A stretch of 64,000 bases of DNA from an uncultured Pseudomonadota bacterium (GTDB lineage: Bacteria; Pseudomonadota; Gammaproteobacteria; Burkholderiales; JALYOK01): positions 585,126 through 649,125 of the forward strand of contig CAWJAF010000003.1 in assembly GCA_963840785.1 (NCBI GenBank). The letters are read 5' to 3'. The position numbers and the translations under genes were made by a program. How positions within the stretch are numbered: position 1 is the stretch's first letter; each line of letters starts with the position of its first letter. Positions 17,499-27,319 of the stretch are shown here, piece by piece. Below the pieces are notes generated by a model. That model saw only the letters and a program-made list of their open reading frames with translations, was not told the DNA's origin and searched no databases.

Positions 17499-18182
17499 TT
17501 ATCTTTCTCTTTCAATATGTGCTAAAAATTCAGCCAAAGTTTTGCCCGCTTCGTCCTCGAAGGCGCGTCCCAGTAAAACGACATTCCTCATACGGTCAAG
17601 GCGAAAATGACGGAAATCGTTACGCAACTCGCACCATGCCGCCAGCGTCCAGGCGGGCGCCCAGAAAAACAATGCGAGTGGCCGGACGTCGCGGGACGAT
17701 GCCAGGCCTTCTTCGCGCGTGTAGTCGAAGTGCAGGATATGTTTGCGATTGATCGCGCAATGGACGGTATCGAATGGCCCGGAGCCCTCGTGAACGTTGC
17801 GAAAATTCGGCGCGAACAATCGCGAGCGTTCGATTTCGTCGCGCAAATCCGGCAGCAGCGCAGCTTCGATTTTAGTCAACGCCAGTCGCGCCGAATCCGA
17901 AAGAGTTTTGCCGCCCCAGGCCCGCACCATGCGCGCGCCGACAACCAATGCTTCGATCTCGTCGCGGGTAAACATCAGTGGCGGAATGTCGGCGCCGCGA
18001 CGCAATAAATACCCGACGCCTGCTTCACCCTCAATCGGAATTCCCGATAAGGTGAGGTCGCGAACATCGCGATAGACCGTGCGTTCCGAGACCTCCAATT
18101 TGTCTGCGAGTTGCCGTGCGGTAACCAGGCGCCGGCCGCGCAAATACTGAACGATTTGAAACAAGCGATCGGCGCGGCGCAT
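17499..18182 (-). CDS. YafY-family transcriptional regulator (wHTH plus WYL domain)
   Basis: RADRLFQIVQYLRGRRLVTARQLADKLEVSERTVYRDVRDLTLSGIPIEGEAGVGY, with a WYL-type C-terminal half. Confidence 0.85.
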   Translation of the reverse strand: MRRADRLFQIVQYLRGRRLVTARQLADKLEVSERTVYRDVRDLTLSGIPIEGEAGVGYLLRRGADIPPLMFTRDEIEALVVGARMVRAWGGKTLSDSARLALTKIEAALLPDLRDEIERSRLFAPNFRNVHEGSGPFDTVHCAINRKHILHFDYTREEGLASSRDVRPLALFFWAPAWTLAAWCELRNDFRHFRLDRMRNVVLLGRAFEDEAGKTLAEFLAHIERER

Positions 18183-18202
18183 TTGGTTTTATGACTGGAA
18201 AA

Positions 18203-18592
18203 TCAATGCGTGGAGTATAAACCGACGCGGTTACCCTCCGTATCGATGAACTGCGCGAAATAGCCGATCTCGCCGGAAATTTTGGTCTTCGGGACCATCA
18301 CCTTGCCACCGGATTCTTCTACCCGTTCCAGCGGCGCGGAAAGATCGTCCGTGCCATTCAAGTACACCACCGAACCCAGCGCGCTCGGCGAATATCCTTC
18401 ACCCTGGATCACGCAACCGGAAATCGCCTCACCCGCGTAGGGAAACACCCCCATGCGAAACGACCCCATTTCCTCCGGATTCAATTTGACTTTGAAAACC
18501 TGCTCGTAAAACGATACGGCGCGATTAAAATCCGTCGCGGGAATTTCGAACCAAACGGCGGTATTTTTGTCGAAAATACTAGGCATGAACAT
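18203..18592 (-). CDS. VOC (glyoxalase/bleomycin-resistance fold) family protein
   Basis: 129-aa ORF with the typical VOC pattern (WFEIPATDFNRAVSFYEQVF...GGKVMVPKT.I...GYFAQFIDTEGNRVGLYS). Confidence 0.75.
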   Translation of the reverse strand: MFMPSIFDKNTAVWFEIPATDFNRAVSFYEQVFKVKLNPEEMGSFRMGVFPYAGEAISGCVIQGEGYSPSALGSVVYLNGTDDLSAPLERVEESGGKVMVPKTKISGEIGYFAQFIDTEGNRVGLYSTH

Positions 18593-18769
18593 TCTCCTGA
18601 TTGATCACTTAAAATTTGTGCTGAGCACGATTGAACGATACGTGAGGGCTCCTGACAGCATCCTGTCAGGAGTGTTTGCGTCGACAGGATTGCTTGAAAA
18701 GCGGAAAATACGGGGTACTAGTCATCGCACTGTGAAATACAACTTAATTTAATTCTAACCCGCATCAAA

Positions 18770-19273
18770 TTGAACGAACAAAAACTCTCCCTCATTGTCG
18801 CCATGTCCCGGAACGGCGTCATCGGCAAAGGCAACAAACTGCCGTGGCGATTATCGATCGACTTAAAGCGCTTTCGCGCGCTGACGATGGCGCATCACAT
18901 CATCATGGGACGCAAAACTTTTGAATCTATCGGCCGCCTATTGCCGGGCCGCAAGAGCGTGATCGTCACGCGCAATGCACAATTTCGCTTCGATGGCGCC
19001 GTTGTCGTGACCTCGGTGGACGCTGCAATCACCGCCGGTGGAGACGATCCGGAAATCTTTTTCATCGGCGGTGCCGAGATTTATCGCCAAGTGCTGGATC
19101 GCGTCGACCGTATTTATCTAACCGAGGTTGACGCGGACGTCGATGGTGATGCCCATTTCCCAGCATTCGATCGTCGCGGCTGGCAAGAAACATTGCAAGA
19201 AAAATTTCCTGCCAATGAACTAAACGACTACTCGCATCGATTCGTTGTTCTCGATCGATTGCTCAGCAAATAA
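18770..19273 (+). CDS. folA: dihydrofolate reductase
   Basis: LSLIVAMSRNGVIGKGNKLPWRL..DLKRFRALTMAHHIIMGRKTFESIG...IGGAEIY. Confidence 0.9.
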   Translation: MNEQKLSLIVAMSRNGVIGKGNKLPWRLSIDLKRFRALTMAHHIIMGRKTFESIGRLLPGRKSVIVTRNAQFRFDGAVVVTSVDAAITAGGDDPEIFFIGGAEIYRQVLDRVDRIYLTEVDADVDGDAHFPAFDRRGWQETLQEKFPANELNDYSHRFVVLDRLLSK

Positions 19274-19291
19274 ATTTAAATCGGAGACTAT

Positions 19292-20476
19292 ATGCAAGAT
19301 TCAATCGTAATCGTCGGCGCGGCACGAACTGCCATGGGCGGCTTTCAAGGGGTGTTCCAAAATGTGACGGCGCCGGAACTTGGCGCGGCGGCGATTCGCG
19401 CGGCGGTCGAGCGTGCCGGACTCACATCGAGCGACATCCAAGAAGTCATTATGGGCAATTGCTTAATGGCCGGCATCGGCCAGGCACCTGCCCGCCAAGC
19501 CAGTATTGGCGCGGGTCTCCCGCTGTCCACCAACTGCACCACCATCAGCAAAATGTGCGGCTCGGGCATGAAAGCGGCGATGCTCGCGCACGATCTCATC
19601 ATCGCGGGCAGCAACGACATCATGGTCGCGGGTGGCATGGAGAGCATGACGAATGCACCGTATTTATTGCCGAAAGCGCGCGGCGGCATGCGCTTGGGAC
19701 ACCAACAAGTGATCGATCACATGTTCCTCGATGGACTGGAAGACGCCTACGATAAAGGCCGCCTAATGGGCACCTTTGCCGAAGACTGTGCGGGAAAATA
19801 CGAATTCACACGCGCGGCCCAAGACGAATTCGCCATCGCGTCACTGAGCCGGGCACTCAAGGCCACGAACGACGGCAGCTTCGCAAAAGAAATCGCGAGC
19901 ATCACGGCCAAGGTCGGCAAGCAAGACATGGCCGTCACACAAGACGAGCAACCGCTGACTGCGAAACCGGAAAAAATTCCAACACTCAAACCCGCTTTCC
20001 GTAAAGACGGCACGGTGACGCCAGCGAATTCGAGTTCGATTTCCGATGGTGCCGCAGCGCTAGTATTGATGCGGCTCTCCGATGCGGAAAAGCGCGGCCT
20101 GAAACCACTCGCACGCATCATCGCCCACACCACCCACGCGCAAGAACCCAACTGGTTCACTACCGCGCCAGTCGCCGCGATTAAAAAGTTATTCGATAAA
20201 ACCAACTGGTCAGCGAAGGAAGTTGATTTGTTCGAGATCAACGAAGCCTTCGCCGTCGTGACGATGGCCGCGATGCGTGACTTAGGTTTGCCGCACGATA
20301 AAGTCAATGTTCACGGCGGCGCCTGCGCACTGGGTCACCCAATCGGCGCATCGGGCGCACGAATTATGGTGACCTTACTCGCAGCGTTGGAAAAATACGA
20401 TTTAAAAAGAGGAGTCGCTTCGCTGTGTATTGGTGGCGGCGAGGCTACAGCAATCGCATTGGAGCGGATGCGTTAA
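19292..20476 (+). CDS. acetyl-CoA C-acetyltransferase (thiolase II)
   Basis: 394-aa ORF with thiolase motifs (KMCGSGMKA, NEAFAVV, GHPIGASGAR, CIGGGEATA). Confidence 0.9.
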   Translation: MQDSIVIVGAARTAMGGFQGVFQNVTAPELGAAAIRAAVERAGLTSSDIQEVIMGNCLMAGIGQAPARQASIGAGLPLSTNCTTISKMCGSGMKAAMLAHDLIIAGSNDIMVAGGMESMTNAPYLLPKARGGMRLGHQQVIDHMFLDGLEDAYDKGRLMGTFAEDCAGKYEFTRAAQDEFAIASLSRALKATNDGSFAKEIASITAKVGKQDMAVTQDEQPLTAKPEKIPTLKPAFRKDGTVTPANSSSISDGAAALVLMRLSDAEKRGLKPLARIIAHTTHAQEPNWFTTAPVAAIKKLFDKTNWSAKEVDLFEINEAFAVVTMAAMRDLGLPHDKVNVHGGACALGHPIGASGARIMVTLLAALEKYDLKRGVASLCIGGGEATAIALERMR

Positions 20477-20481
20477 TTATT

Positions 20482-20554
20482 TGTCATTCCCGCGGAGGCA
20501 GGAATCCATGTTGACTTGCAAATGCCAAATGGATTCGTCGCCGCGGGCATGACA
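20482..20554. repeat. inverted pair of GTCATTCCCGCG..GGAATCC REP units
   Basis: TGTCATTCCCGCGGAGGCAGGAATCCAT ... ATGGATTCGTCGCCGCGGGCATGACA, located between convergent genes. Confidence 0.8.
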
Positions 20555-20845
20555 CTATTTAAAATGACGCGCCGGCAGCGACGGACAAGGTGAGATCGCG
20601 AATTTAAGATTCCAGTACGACCAGGATCGTGGATCGAAAATTCCGGGCGGAGCCTGTTCGAGTGCTTCGCGAAACTCGTTCGGGCTGACGATTTTTTGCA
20701 CCGCGCGCAAATCTTCAACGGTGCCGTAAGTCATCACGTGTGCAAGGAAATGCACGGGATCGGCCAACGACTCCGATGGTTCCCGGAACCATTCCACGCG
20801 CCGCGCCACGGCAACCATCTCAGGCGTTAACGGCAATGGCTTCAT
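20555..20845 (-). CDS. small protein coupled to the AbiEii-type nucleotidyltransferase (resembles DUF6922-type partners, from memory)
   Basis: 96 aa. Its ATG overlaps the upstream stop (ATGA). The segment FLAHVMTYGTVEDLRAVQKIVSPNEFREAL...FDPRSWSYWNLKF fits the partner pattern. Confidence 0.5.
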   Translation of the reverse strand: MKPLPLTPEMVAVARRVEWFREPSESLADPVHFLAHVMTYGTVEDLRAVQKIVSPNEFREALEQAPPGIFDPRSWSYWNLKFAISPCPSLPARHFK

Positions 20846-21486
20846 TGATTAGATCCGTGATCTGGACGCTTTGCGTAGGACGTCAAACTTGGCAACGTGG
20901 TGATATCGATACTCGATACCGCTGCAGAGAGCCGCGCCCGCACCTCGGCAGGTAACGTCGGCACGTCCTCGAAATAGCTAAGTGCCTTGAGCGAAATAAG
21001 CGGATTAAAACTGCGACCGTAAACGACGGTTCCCGCAGCGAGCGCGGCCGGCAGTTCGATACCATGGCGTATCAACGCATCCATATCGAGATAGTCTTTA
21101 ACTTCGGCGCGCTTTTGCAGCACGGCGACCTTGGTACCCGCAATGTCTATCAGCGCGGCCACCTGCAACGACATTCCCTTGACGTAGTCAGGCGGTTCCA
21201 CTTGCCCAAAGCCAAGTCCACCGAAAAACGATAGCAACACAGGACCATCACGTTCAACACGGCAAGTCAACGTGTTCGGCGCAACTTGTATCTTCTCAGC
21301 ATCTTTAAGATACGGTAGATTACGCGCCAAATCATCGGGATCAAATGACGTGTTCGAGAAAAAATCGAAATCGACTGAAACACGATGGCCCAAGCGCAAC
21401 GCGAGTGCAGTGCCACCATAAAGCGTGAAGGCGTCTGGCGTTGCCGTAAGTTCCGGCCATAGCGTTCGCTGCGGTGGCGGTAGCAT
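20842..21486 (-). CDS. AbiEii/AbiGii-family nucleotidyltransferase (type IV TA / abortive-infection toxin family)
   Basis: Pol-beta-like NTase signature LYGGTALALRLGHRVSVDFDFF. The likely start is MLPPPQRTLWPEL at 21486, because the longer ORF to 21573 overlaps the upstream gene end. Confidence 0.75.
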   Translation of the reverse strand: MLPPPQRTLWPELTATPDAFTLYGGTALALRLGHRVSVDFDFFSNTSFDPDDLARNLPYLKDAEKIQVAPNTLTCRVERDGPVLLSFFGGLGFGQVEPPDYVKGMSLQVAALIDIAGTKVAVLQKRAEVKDYLDMDALIRHGIELPAALAAGTVVYGRSFNPLISLKALSYFEDVPTLPAEVRARLSAAVSSIDITTLPSLTSYAKRPDHGSNQ

Positions 21487-21544
21487 CGTTAAGTTGGGGA
21501 TAAAAATCGGCACGCGCAATACTTTTTTTTTCAGAACGTCGGCT

Positions 21545-22000
21545 TTAGTGATGCATCGACCCCAACGTTCCAATCACGATCGTGATTAGACCGATTATCA
21601 AATTCATCCCGACAAACATCCGCACTTGAATCAGCGCCTTGCCCGCGGCCGGCCATTCGCGCCCAGCGACATAACGTTTTAGCCGAGAGTAACCAGCGAA
21701 ATAAACATGTGCAAAAATCAGCATCATGACGACGCCCAACGCAAACATCGCATGAATCGGCCACGCCACTTTAGCGAAGCCGCCGAGCATCATGATCATA
21801 CCCAGCCCGCTCGCCAAAATTAACCCTATCGCCACCCATACCCACGACAAAAATCGGCGTAGCACACCATTCCACAATAACAAACGCTCAGGTGTTTCCA
21901 ATAATTCGACGGACGCGGGACGCAGTGCCATGTAGGCGAAAAACATGCCGCCGACCCAAACCGTGACACCCAATATATGTGCCATCAAAAATAATTTCAT
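21545..22000 (-). CDS. CopD-like small integral membrane protein (four TM segments)
   Basis: The ATG at 22000 overlaps the rnhB stop (ATGA). The sequence begins [28 protein letters not shown]... and is hydrophobic throughout. Confidence 0.5.
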   Translation of the reverse strand: MKLFLMAHILGVTVWVGGMFFAYMALRPASVELLETPERLLLWNGVLRRFLSWVWVAIGLILASGLGMIMMLGGFAKVAWPIHAMFALGVVMMLIFAHVYFAGYSRLKRYVAGREWPAAGKALIQVRMFVGMNLIIGLITIVIGTLGSMHH

Positions 22001-22680
22001 TGTTCGATCTCCAAGATTTGGCGTTGAACGGATTCTACCAGTGGCCCTAGGCCAGCCACCAGCGCCTTGACCGGCGCGAATGAGCGACGATGTTCGATGC
22101 ATGGCCCATGGCGATGTAACGCCAGCAAATGTTGTGAAGTCGGATAACCTTTGTGCCCGGCGAATCCATACTCCGGAAATTTTTCGTGCAATGCGATTAA
22201 CTCGGCATCGCGTGCCGTCTTGGCCAATATCGACGCGGCGGAAATAGCCGCGACTTTGCTATCGCCTTTGACAATGGCCGCCACGGGCATATCAAGGACC
22301 GGGCAATGTGTACCGTCGGCGACGACGAGTTGCGGCGCGATGCTCAGCGCAAGCACCGCACGGCGCATCGCCAACAACGATGCGCGCAAAATATTGTGCT
22401 GATCAATTTCTTGCGCACTCGCAAATGCGATCGCCCATGCCTTTGCACGAGCTTTAATTTCTGGCGCTAAGCGATTTCGTTCGGCTTCACTCAACTGCTT
22501 TGAATCGGCCAAACCACCAATCGGATAATCACCATCCAAAATCACTGCGGCAGCGTAGACTGGCCCTGCAAGCGGGCCACGGCCCGCTTCGTCAACACCG
22601 CACAGTAGCGAAACGCTGTGCCATTCTGCCGGCACATCGACGAAATATTTCGCACGCTTGGTCACACCCTGCTCCATCAT
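21997..22680 (-). CDS. rnhB: ribonuclease HII
   Basis: [22 protein letters not shown]...DSK motifs. Confidence 0.9.
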   Translation of the reverse strand: MMEQGVTKRAKYFVDVPAEWHSVSLLCGVDEAGRGPLAGPVYAAAVILDGDYPIGGLADSKQLSEAERNRLAPEIKARAKAWAIAFASAQEIDQHNILRASLLAMRRAVLALSIAPQLVVADGTHCPVLDMPVAAIVKGDSKVAAISAASILAKTARDAELIALHEKFPEYGFAGHKGYPTSQHLLALHRHGPCIEHRRSFAPVKALVAGLGPLVESVQRQILEIEQ

Positions 22681-24440
22681 CGGCCACGCATGAACATGCG
22701 ATCGAGTTCCTCGATCGTGATTTGAAACCAGGTCGGTCGGCCGTGATTACATTGATCCGAACGATCAATGCGTTCCATCTCGCGCAGCAGTGCGTTCATT
22801 TCCGGCACCGTAAGTTGCCGATTGGCGCGTACCGCGCCATGGCACGCCATAGTCGAGAGTAATTCGTTGCGCCGCTCCGTCAGCGCGCGCGATGCGCCGA
22901 ATTCGCGCAGCTCGGCGAGCACACTTTTCGTCAATTCCGCTGCATCGGCATCTTTCAATAACGCGGGAACCGAGCGCACCGCCAATGCCGTCGGGGACAA
23001 CACGCCGACATCTAATCCAAACTCCTGCAGCTTCTCGCTTTCTTCGCTTGCCGTGGCAACATCCAACGAATCGGCACTGAATGTGACCGGAATCAATAAC
23101 GGTTGGGAGGCAAGCTCCGCGCGGTTCGCAGCCGCTTTCAATTTCTCGTACATGACGCGCTCGTGAGCGGCGTGCATGTCAACGACGACCAAGCCATTTT
23201 TGTTTTGCGCAAGAATATAAATGCCGCTTAACTGCGCCAGCGCGAAACCTAACTCGGGCGTTGGCTCTGACGCAAATGAATCAGTTGGCGGTTGCGCCGT
23301 CGCGGTTTCGCGCAAGCCAGCGAACATGGTTTCGTAAAACGCAACCGGCTGCTGAACTTGCAATTCGCCTTGATGGCGAAACGGCATATAAGTTTGCGGC
23401 CAAGCGTTGCGATTTATTTCGGGTTCATGATTCACGGCGGGAACCGAGTTGCCACGCGGCTGTGCCAAAGAACGTTCGAGCGCGTGAAACACAAAACGAT
23501 GAATCGACTGACCGTCGCGAAACCGCACTTCCGTTTTCGCCGGATGAACATTGACATCCACCAGCATCGGATCCAGCGACAAAAACAACACATAAGCTGG
23601 ATGGCGATCGTGATGCAACACGTCGTGATAAGCCTGGCGCACGGCGTGGCTTAACAATTTATCGCGCACAAAGCGGCCGTTCACGAACAGATATTGCGCG
23701 TCGCGGCCGCTGCGATTAAACGTCGGTAGCGCGGCGAGGCCGGTCAACGATGTCCCGCCGGATTCGATACGAATCGCGACCGACTGCGCGTAAAATTCTT
23801 TGCCGAGCAGCGCGCGAACGCGAGTGTCAGGATCGTCTGTTACTGCGGGTAAATGGTTAATTTGCCGGCCGTTGTGACTCAACGAAAATCCGACGTCGGG
23901 CCGGCTCAACGCGAGGCGACGAAACACTTCCTCGCAATGGCCGAATTCCGTTAATTCGGTTTTCAAAAATTTTCGCCGCGCCGGCGTGTTGAAATACAAG
24001 TCTTCGACGCTCACCGTTGTGCCGCTCGTGCGTGCAGCGGGAGCAGCTTGAGAATTTGCAACTGCGTCGACGCGCCAGCCATGTTCCGCCAAACGCGCGC
24101 GGCTGGTCAGTGACACTTTCGCAATCGAAGCAATGCTCGCCAGCGCCTCGCCACGAAAGCCTAAGCTCGCGACGCGTTCCAAATCTTCAAGCGAGGTAAT
24201 TTTGCTGGTGGCGTGACGCGATAGCGCGAGCGCTAAATCGCCGCGCTCAATTCCGGCGCCATCATCGCCGACACTGATACGCTTTATACCACCCTGCGCA
24301 AGATCGACGTCGATCGTGGTCGCATCGGCATCTAGCGCATTCTCGATTAGTTCTTTCAACGCGGAAGCGGGCCGCTCCACCACCTCGCCTGCGGCGATTT
24401 GGCTGATCAGAATGTCGGGAAGAAGTTGAATACGCGCCAT
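22677..24440 (-). CDS. mutL: DNA mismatch repair endonuclease MutL
   Basis: [38 protein letters not shown], an intact 587-aa ORF. Confidence 0.95.
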   Translation of the reverse strand: MARIQLLPDILISQIAAGEVVERPASALKELIENALDADATTIDVDLAQGGIKRISVGDDGAGIERGDLALALSRHATSKITSLEDLERVASLGFRGEALASIASIAKVSLTSRARLAEHGWRVDAVANSQAAPAARTSGTTVSVEDLYFNTPARRKFLKTELTEFGHCEEVFRRLALSRPDVGFSLSHNGRQINHLPAVTDDPDTRVRALLGKEFYAQSVAIRIESGGTSLTGLAALPTFNRSGRDAQYLFVNGRFVRDKLLSHAVRQAYHDVLHHDRHPAYVLFLSLDPMLVDVNVHPAKTEVRFRDGQSIHRFVFHALERSLAQPRGNSVPAVNHEPEINRNAWPQTYMPFRHQGELQVQQPVAFYETMFAGLRETATAQPPTDSFASEPTPELGFALAQLSGIYILAQNKNGLVVVDMHAAHERVMYEKLKAAANRAELASQPLLIPVTFSADSLDVATASEESEKLQEFGLDVGVLSPTALAVRSVPALLKDADAAELTKSVLAELREFGASRALTERRNELLSTMACHGAVRANRQLTVPEMNALLREMERIDRSDQCNHGRPTWFQITIEELDRMFMRGR

Positions 24441-24585
24441 CGGTGCCTCATTATAACGGCGCGATCGCAGCCACGAATCACAATTATTTATTATGGGCTG
24501 CCCTGCAAGCCAATAAGCACGCGGCTCTCAGGCCATGCCTTGCCAGGAGGCAATAGCGCTGCGGCACCTGGCCCTATTAAAAAAT

Positions 24586-25875
24586 CTACTCGGCGGCGGC
24601 GATTTTTGATTTCGCCAACGCGGGATTCTTCGCCAGGTAACGTTTGATGCCAGCGACGATAGAATCGGCCAATGTCGATTGGTAGGCGGGATCGTTGAGA
24701 CGGCGCTCTTCTTCGGGATTGCTGATGAAAGCGGTCTCAACCAAAATCGAGGGAATGTCCGGCGCTTTTAGCACGGCGAAGCCCGCTTGCTCGACCTCAC
24801 CGCGATGCAATCGATTGATGCCGCCGATTTCGTCTAACACCGCACGGCCAAGGCGCAGGCTGTCGTTAATCGTTGCGGTTTGTGAAAGGTCGAGCAACGT
24901 GCGCGCGAGGTAAGGATCTTTCTGTTTCAAATTCACGCCACCGATCAGATCTGCGGAATTTTCTTGTTTCGCCAACCAGCGCGCTTGGGTCGACGTCGCG
25001 CCGCGTTCGGACAACGCAAACACCGAAGACCCACGCGCGTTCGGGCGGATGAACGCATCGGCGTGAATCGACACAAACAAATCTGCTTGCACCCGGCGCG
25101 CTTTATTGACGCGCTGGCCGAGCGCGATGTAGTAATCGCCCTCGCGCGTCAACACCGCGCGCATATTCGGCTCGCGATCGATTTTGTCCTTTAGCAATTG
25201 AGCGATCGCGAGCGTAACGTCTTTTTCTTGGCTGCCGTTCGCGCCGCGTGCGCCGGGATCCTCACCGCCATGACCGGCGTCGATAACGATCGTCACGAGC
25301 CGATCAATCAAGGGCCTCGATTTACTCGGCGGCGGTTTTTTATCGGCGTCAACTTTGTCGCCACTATTACTTTTTATAATCGGAACCTCGGGCGGCACCC
25401 AATCTTTCGCCTGCGTATCGACTTCGCTCGGTATGCCATCCTTGCCGAGCACCAGCAGCAACGGATCGGGCGCCGCAATGGGATTGATGTCGATCACCAA
25501 ACGATAATTGTATTCGCCAACCGGCGGCAACAAAAACACATTGGGCTTCACCTCGCCCTTTAGATCAAGCACCAGTCGCACGGTATTCGCCTTGAAGCGC
25601 GCGACGCGCATCAGCTTGATATAGGGATCGTCCATCACGACTTTTCCGGACAAACTTTCGAGCGTGTTGTCGAGATCGGCCTCAATGTCGACCACCAGCC
25701 GGTCTGGATTCTTAAGCGTGAAGGAATTAAATTTAAGCGCTTCGTTGGATTCGAGTGTCACACGTGTGTAATCCGGGGCAGGCCAAATTCGCGTCGAAGT
25801 CACTTTCGTAGCAGCGAAAGCAGCGCCGACGCTGACAAAAAATGTCAGTAAGAATACTTGCAAAAAAAACATCAT
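24586..25875 (-). CDS. amiC: N-acetylmuramoyl-L-alanine amidase (AMIN domain plus Amidase_3)
   Basis: Signal peptide, then an AMIN-like TRVTLES...LVVDI region, and an amidase core VIDAGHGGEDPGA...SIHADA. The likely ATG at 25875 overlaps the tsaE stop (ATGA). Confidence 0.85.
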   Translation of the reverse strand: MMFFLQVFLLTFFVSVGAAFAATKVTSTRIWPAPDYTRVTLESNEALKFNSFTLKNPDRLVVDIEADLDNTLESLSGKVVMDDPYIKLMRVARFKANTVRLVLDLKGEVKPNVFLLPPVGEYNYRLVIDINPIAAPDPLLLVLGKDGIPSEVDTQAKDWVPPEVPIIKSNSGDKVDADKKPPPSKSRPLIDRLVTIVIDAGHGGEDPGARGANGSQEKDVTLAIAQLLKDKIDREPNMRAVLTREGDYYIALGQRVNKARRVQADLFVSIHADAFIRPNARGSSVFALSERGATSTQARWLAKQENSADLIGGVNLKQKDPYLARTLLDLSQTATINDSLRLGRAVLDEIGGINRLHRGEVEQAGFAVLKAPDIPSILVETAFISNPEEERRLNDPAYQSTLADSIVAGIKRYLAKNPALAKSKIAAAE

Positions 25876-26363
25876 CGCGTGATTTCTTTGGGCCATGTGT
25901 TCCAAAACTCTTCCATATCGATTTTCGATGACGCAATTTTCACACTGCGGCCGTCTTCCTCAAGCATCAACTTAATTTCAACATCGGCGCGCGGCAATAA
26001 GCTCATCGCGCGCTCCGGCCACTCAACCAAGCAAATATTGATGCCATCGAAAATTTCATCGAAGCCCGCGTCCAGCCATTCTTGCTCATGTTTGAATCTA
26101 TATAAATCAAAATGATACAAGTTTAAACTCGAAATTGAATACGATTCAACCAAAGTGTACGTCGGGCTCTTCACGCGCCCATCGAAACCAAGACCGCGCA
26201 ACATACCGCGCACCAACGTCGTCTTCCCGGCGCCAAGATCGCCGATTAAAAACATCGTCAATCCCGGCGACAAAAAACCAGCGAGATGCGCGCCCAGCTT
26301 GAGCGTGGCCTGTTCGTCGGCTAAATGGACAAGGGTCATTCGCGCGATTATAGCGAGGGACAA
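25872..26363 (-). CDS. tsaE: tRNA t6A37 biosynthesis ATPase TsaE
   Basis: GDLGAGKTTLVRGMLRGLG...SPTYTLVESY...YHFDLYR. Confidence 0.9.
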   Translation of the reverse strand: MSLAIIARMTLVHLADEQATLKLGAHLAGFLSPGLTMFLIGDLGAGKTTLVRGMLRGLGFDGRVKSPTYTLVESYSISSLNLYHFDLYRFKHEQEWLDAGFDEIFDGINICLVEWPERAMSLLPRADVEIKLMLEEDGRSVKIASSKIDMEEFWNTWPKEITR

Positions 26364-26536
26364 ATGACTTATTGTGGAAGAACTGAGGCGTGTTGTTTTT
26401 TCACGTCAACCACAATTGCTCATCCCCAATTTCGGGGATGGCGAGTTCGTTTAAATTGCTTTAGGCTTCATCCAGGCCAATCGAGGAAATCGCAAAGCGA
26501 GCAACGCGCCCGGCATGCGTTGGCTTGCGAAAAATC

Positions 26537-27172
26537 ATGCTCAACATTCTAATCGTCGAAGACGACGAAAATTTCCGAATTCGTTTCGCCGAGATCGTCG
26601 AGTCGTGCGCGGATTTTCGCTTGGTCGCCGCGGTTGGTAATTGCGCGGAAGCGCGTGCATGTCTCGCGCGGGAAAAGCCCGACGTGCTGTTGTGCGATTT
26701 AGGTTTGCCTGACGGCGATGGCGCCGAGATCGTGCGCGAGGCCTGCCGCGCTAACCCCGCCCTGGACGCAATGGTCGTCACGGTATTCGGCGATGAAGCG
26801 CACGTAATGCGCAGCTTGGAAGTGGGCGCGACCGGCTATTTGCTCAAAGATAGCTTGCCGGAAGATATTATTGCGACCATCAAATTGCTGCACGCGGGCG
26901 GCAGCCCAATCAACCCGATCATCGCGCGGCGTTTGTTGCTGCGCTTTAGCGGCGTATCACGCAACACCGAACCAAGTTCGATTGCGTTGACCGAACGCGA
27001 ACATGATGTGCTGCAATTGGTTTCCAAAGGCTATCGCACGCCGGAGATCGCCGCACTGCTGAAAATTTCCCATCACACCGTCGCCTCGCACATTAAGAAG
27101 ATCTATAGCAAACTAGAGGTTTCGTCGCGCGGGGAGGCGGTGTATGAGGCGAGTCGACGGCGGCTTATTTAA
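26537..27172 (+). CDS. NarL/LuxR-family response regulator
   Basis: MLNILIVEDDENF receiver domain plus LuxR HTH (LTEREHDVLQLVSKGYRTPEIAALLKISHHTVASHIKKIYSKL). Confidence 0.9.
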   Translation: MLNILIVEDDENFRIRFAEIVESCADFRLVAAVGNCAEARACLAREKPDVLLCDLGLPDGDGAEIVREACRANPALDAMVVTVFGDEAHVMRSLEVGATGYLLKDSLPEDIIATIKLLHAGGSPINPIIARRLLLRFSGVSRNTEPSSIALTEREHDVLQLVSKGYRTPEIAALLKISHHTVASHIKKIYSKLEVSSRGEAVYEASRRRLI

Positions 27173-27212
27173 TCAATTGGGTTGCAATTGAGTTTTCATA
27201 AAACGGACGGCA

Positions 27213-27298
27213 CCCCCTCACCCTGACCCTCTCCCCGTGACGGGGCGAGGGCACAAACCCCTCTCCCGCCGATGCGGGAGAGGGTTGGGGTGAGGGGG
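27213..27298. repeat. nested GC-rich palindromic element
   Basis: The outer arms are CCCCCTCACCC and GGGGTGAGGGGG. The inner perfect hairpin is CCCTCTCCCGC-cgat-GCGGGAGAGGG. Confidence 0.8.
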
Positions 27299-27319
27299 CG
27301 CGCAACAAAAACCAACAAC

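Noticed and set aside
17499-18182. WYL-domain regulator as a flag for a neighbouring defence system (as with BrxR/CapW)
   Set aside because: The neighbours are a VOC-fold protein, a TfoX_C protein and folA. No defence-type genes are adjacent, and YafY with glyoxalase-fold genes is a common housekeeping pairing.
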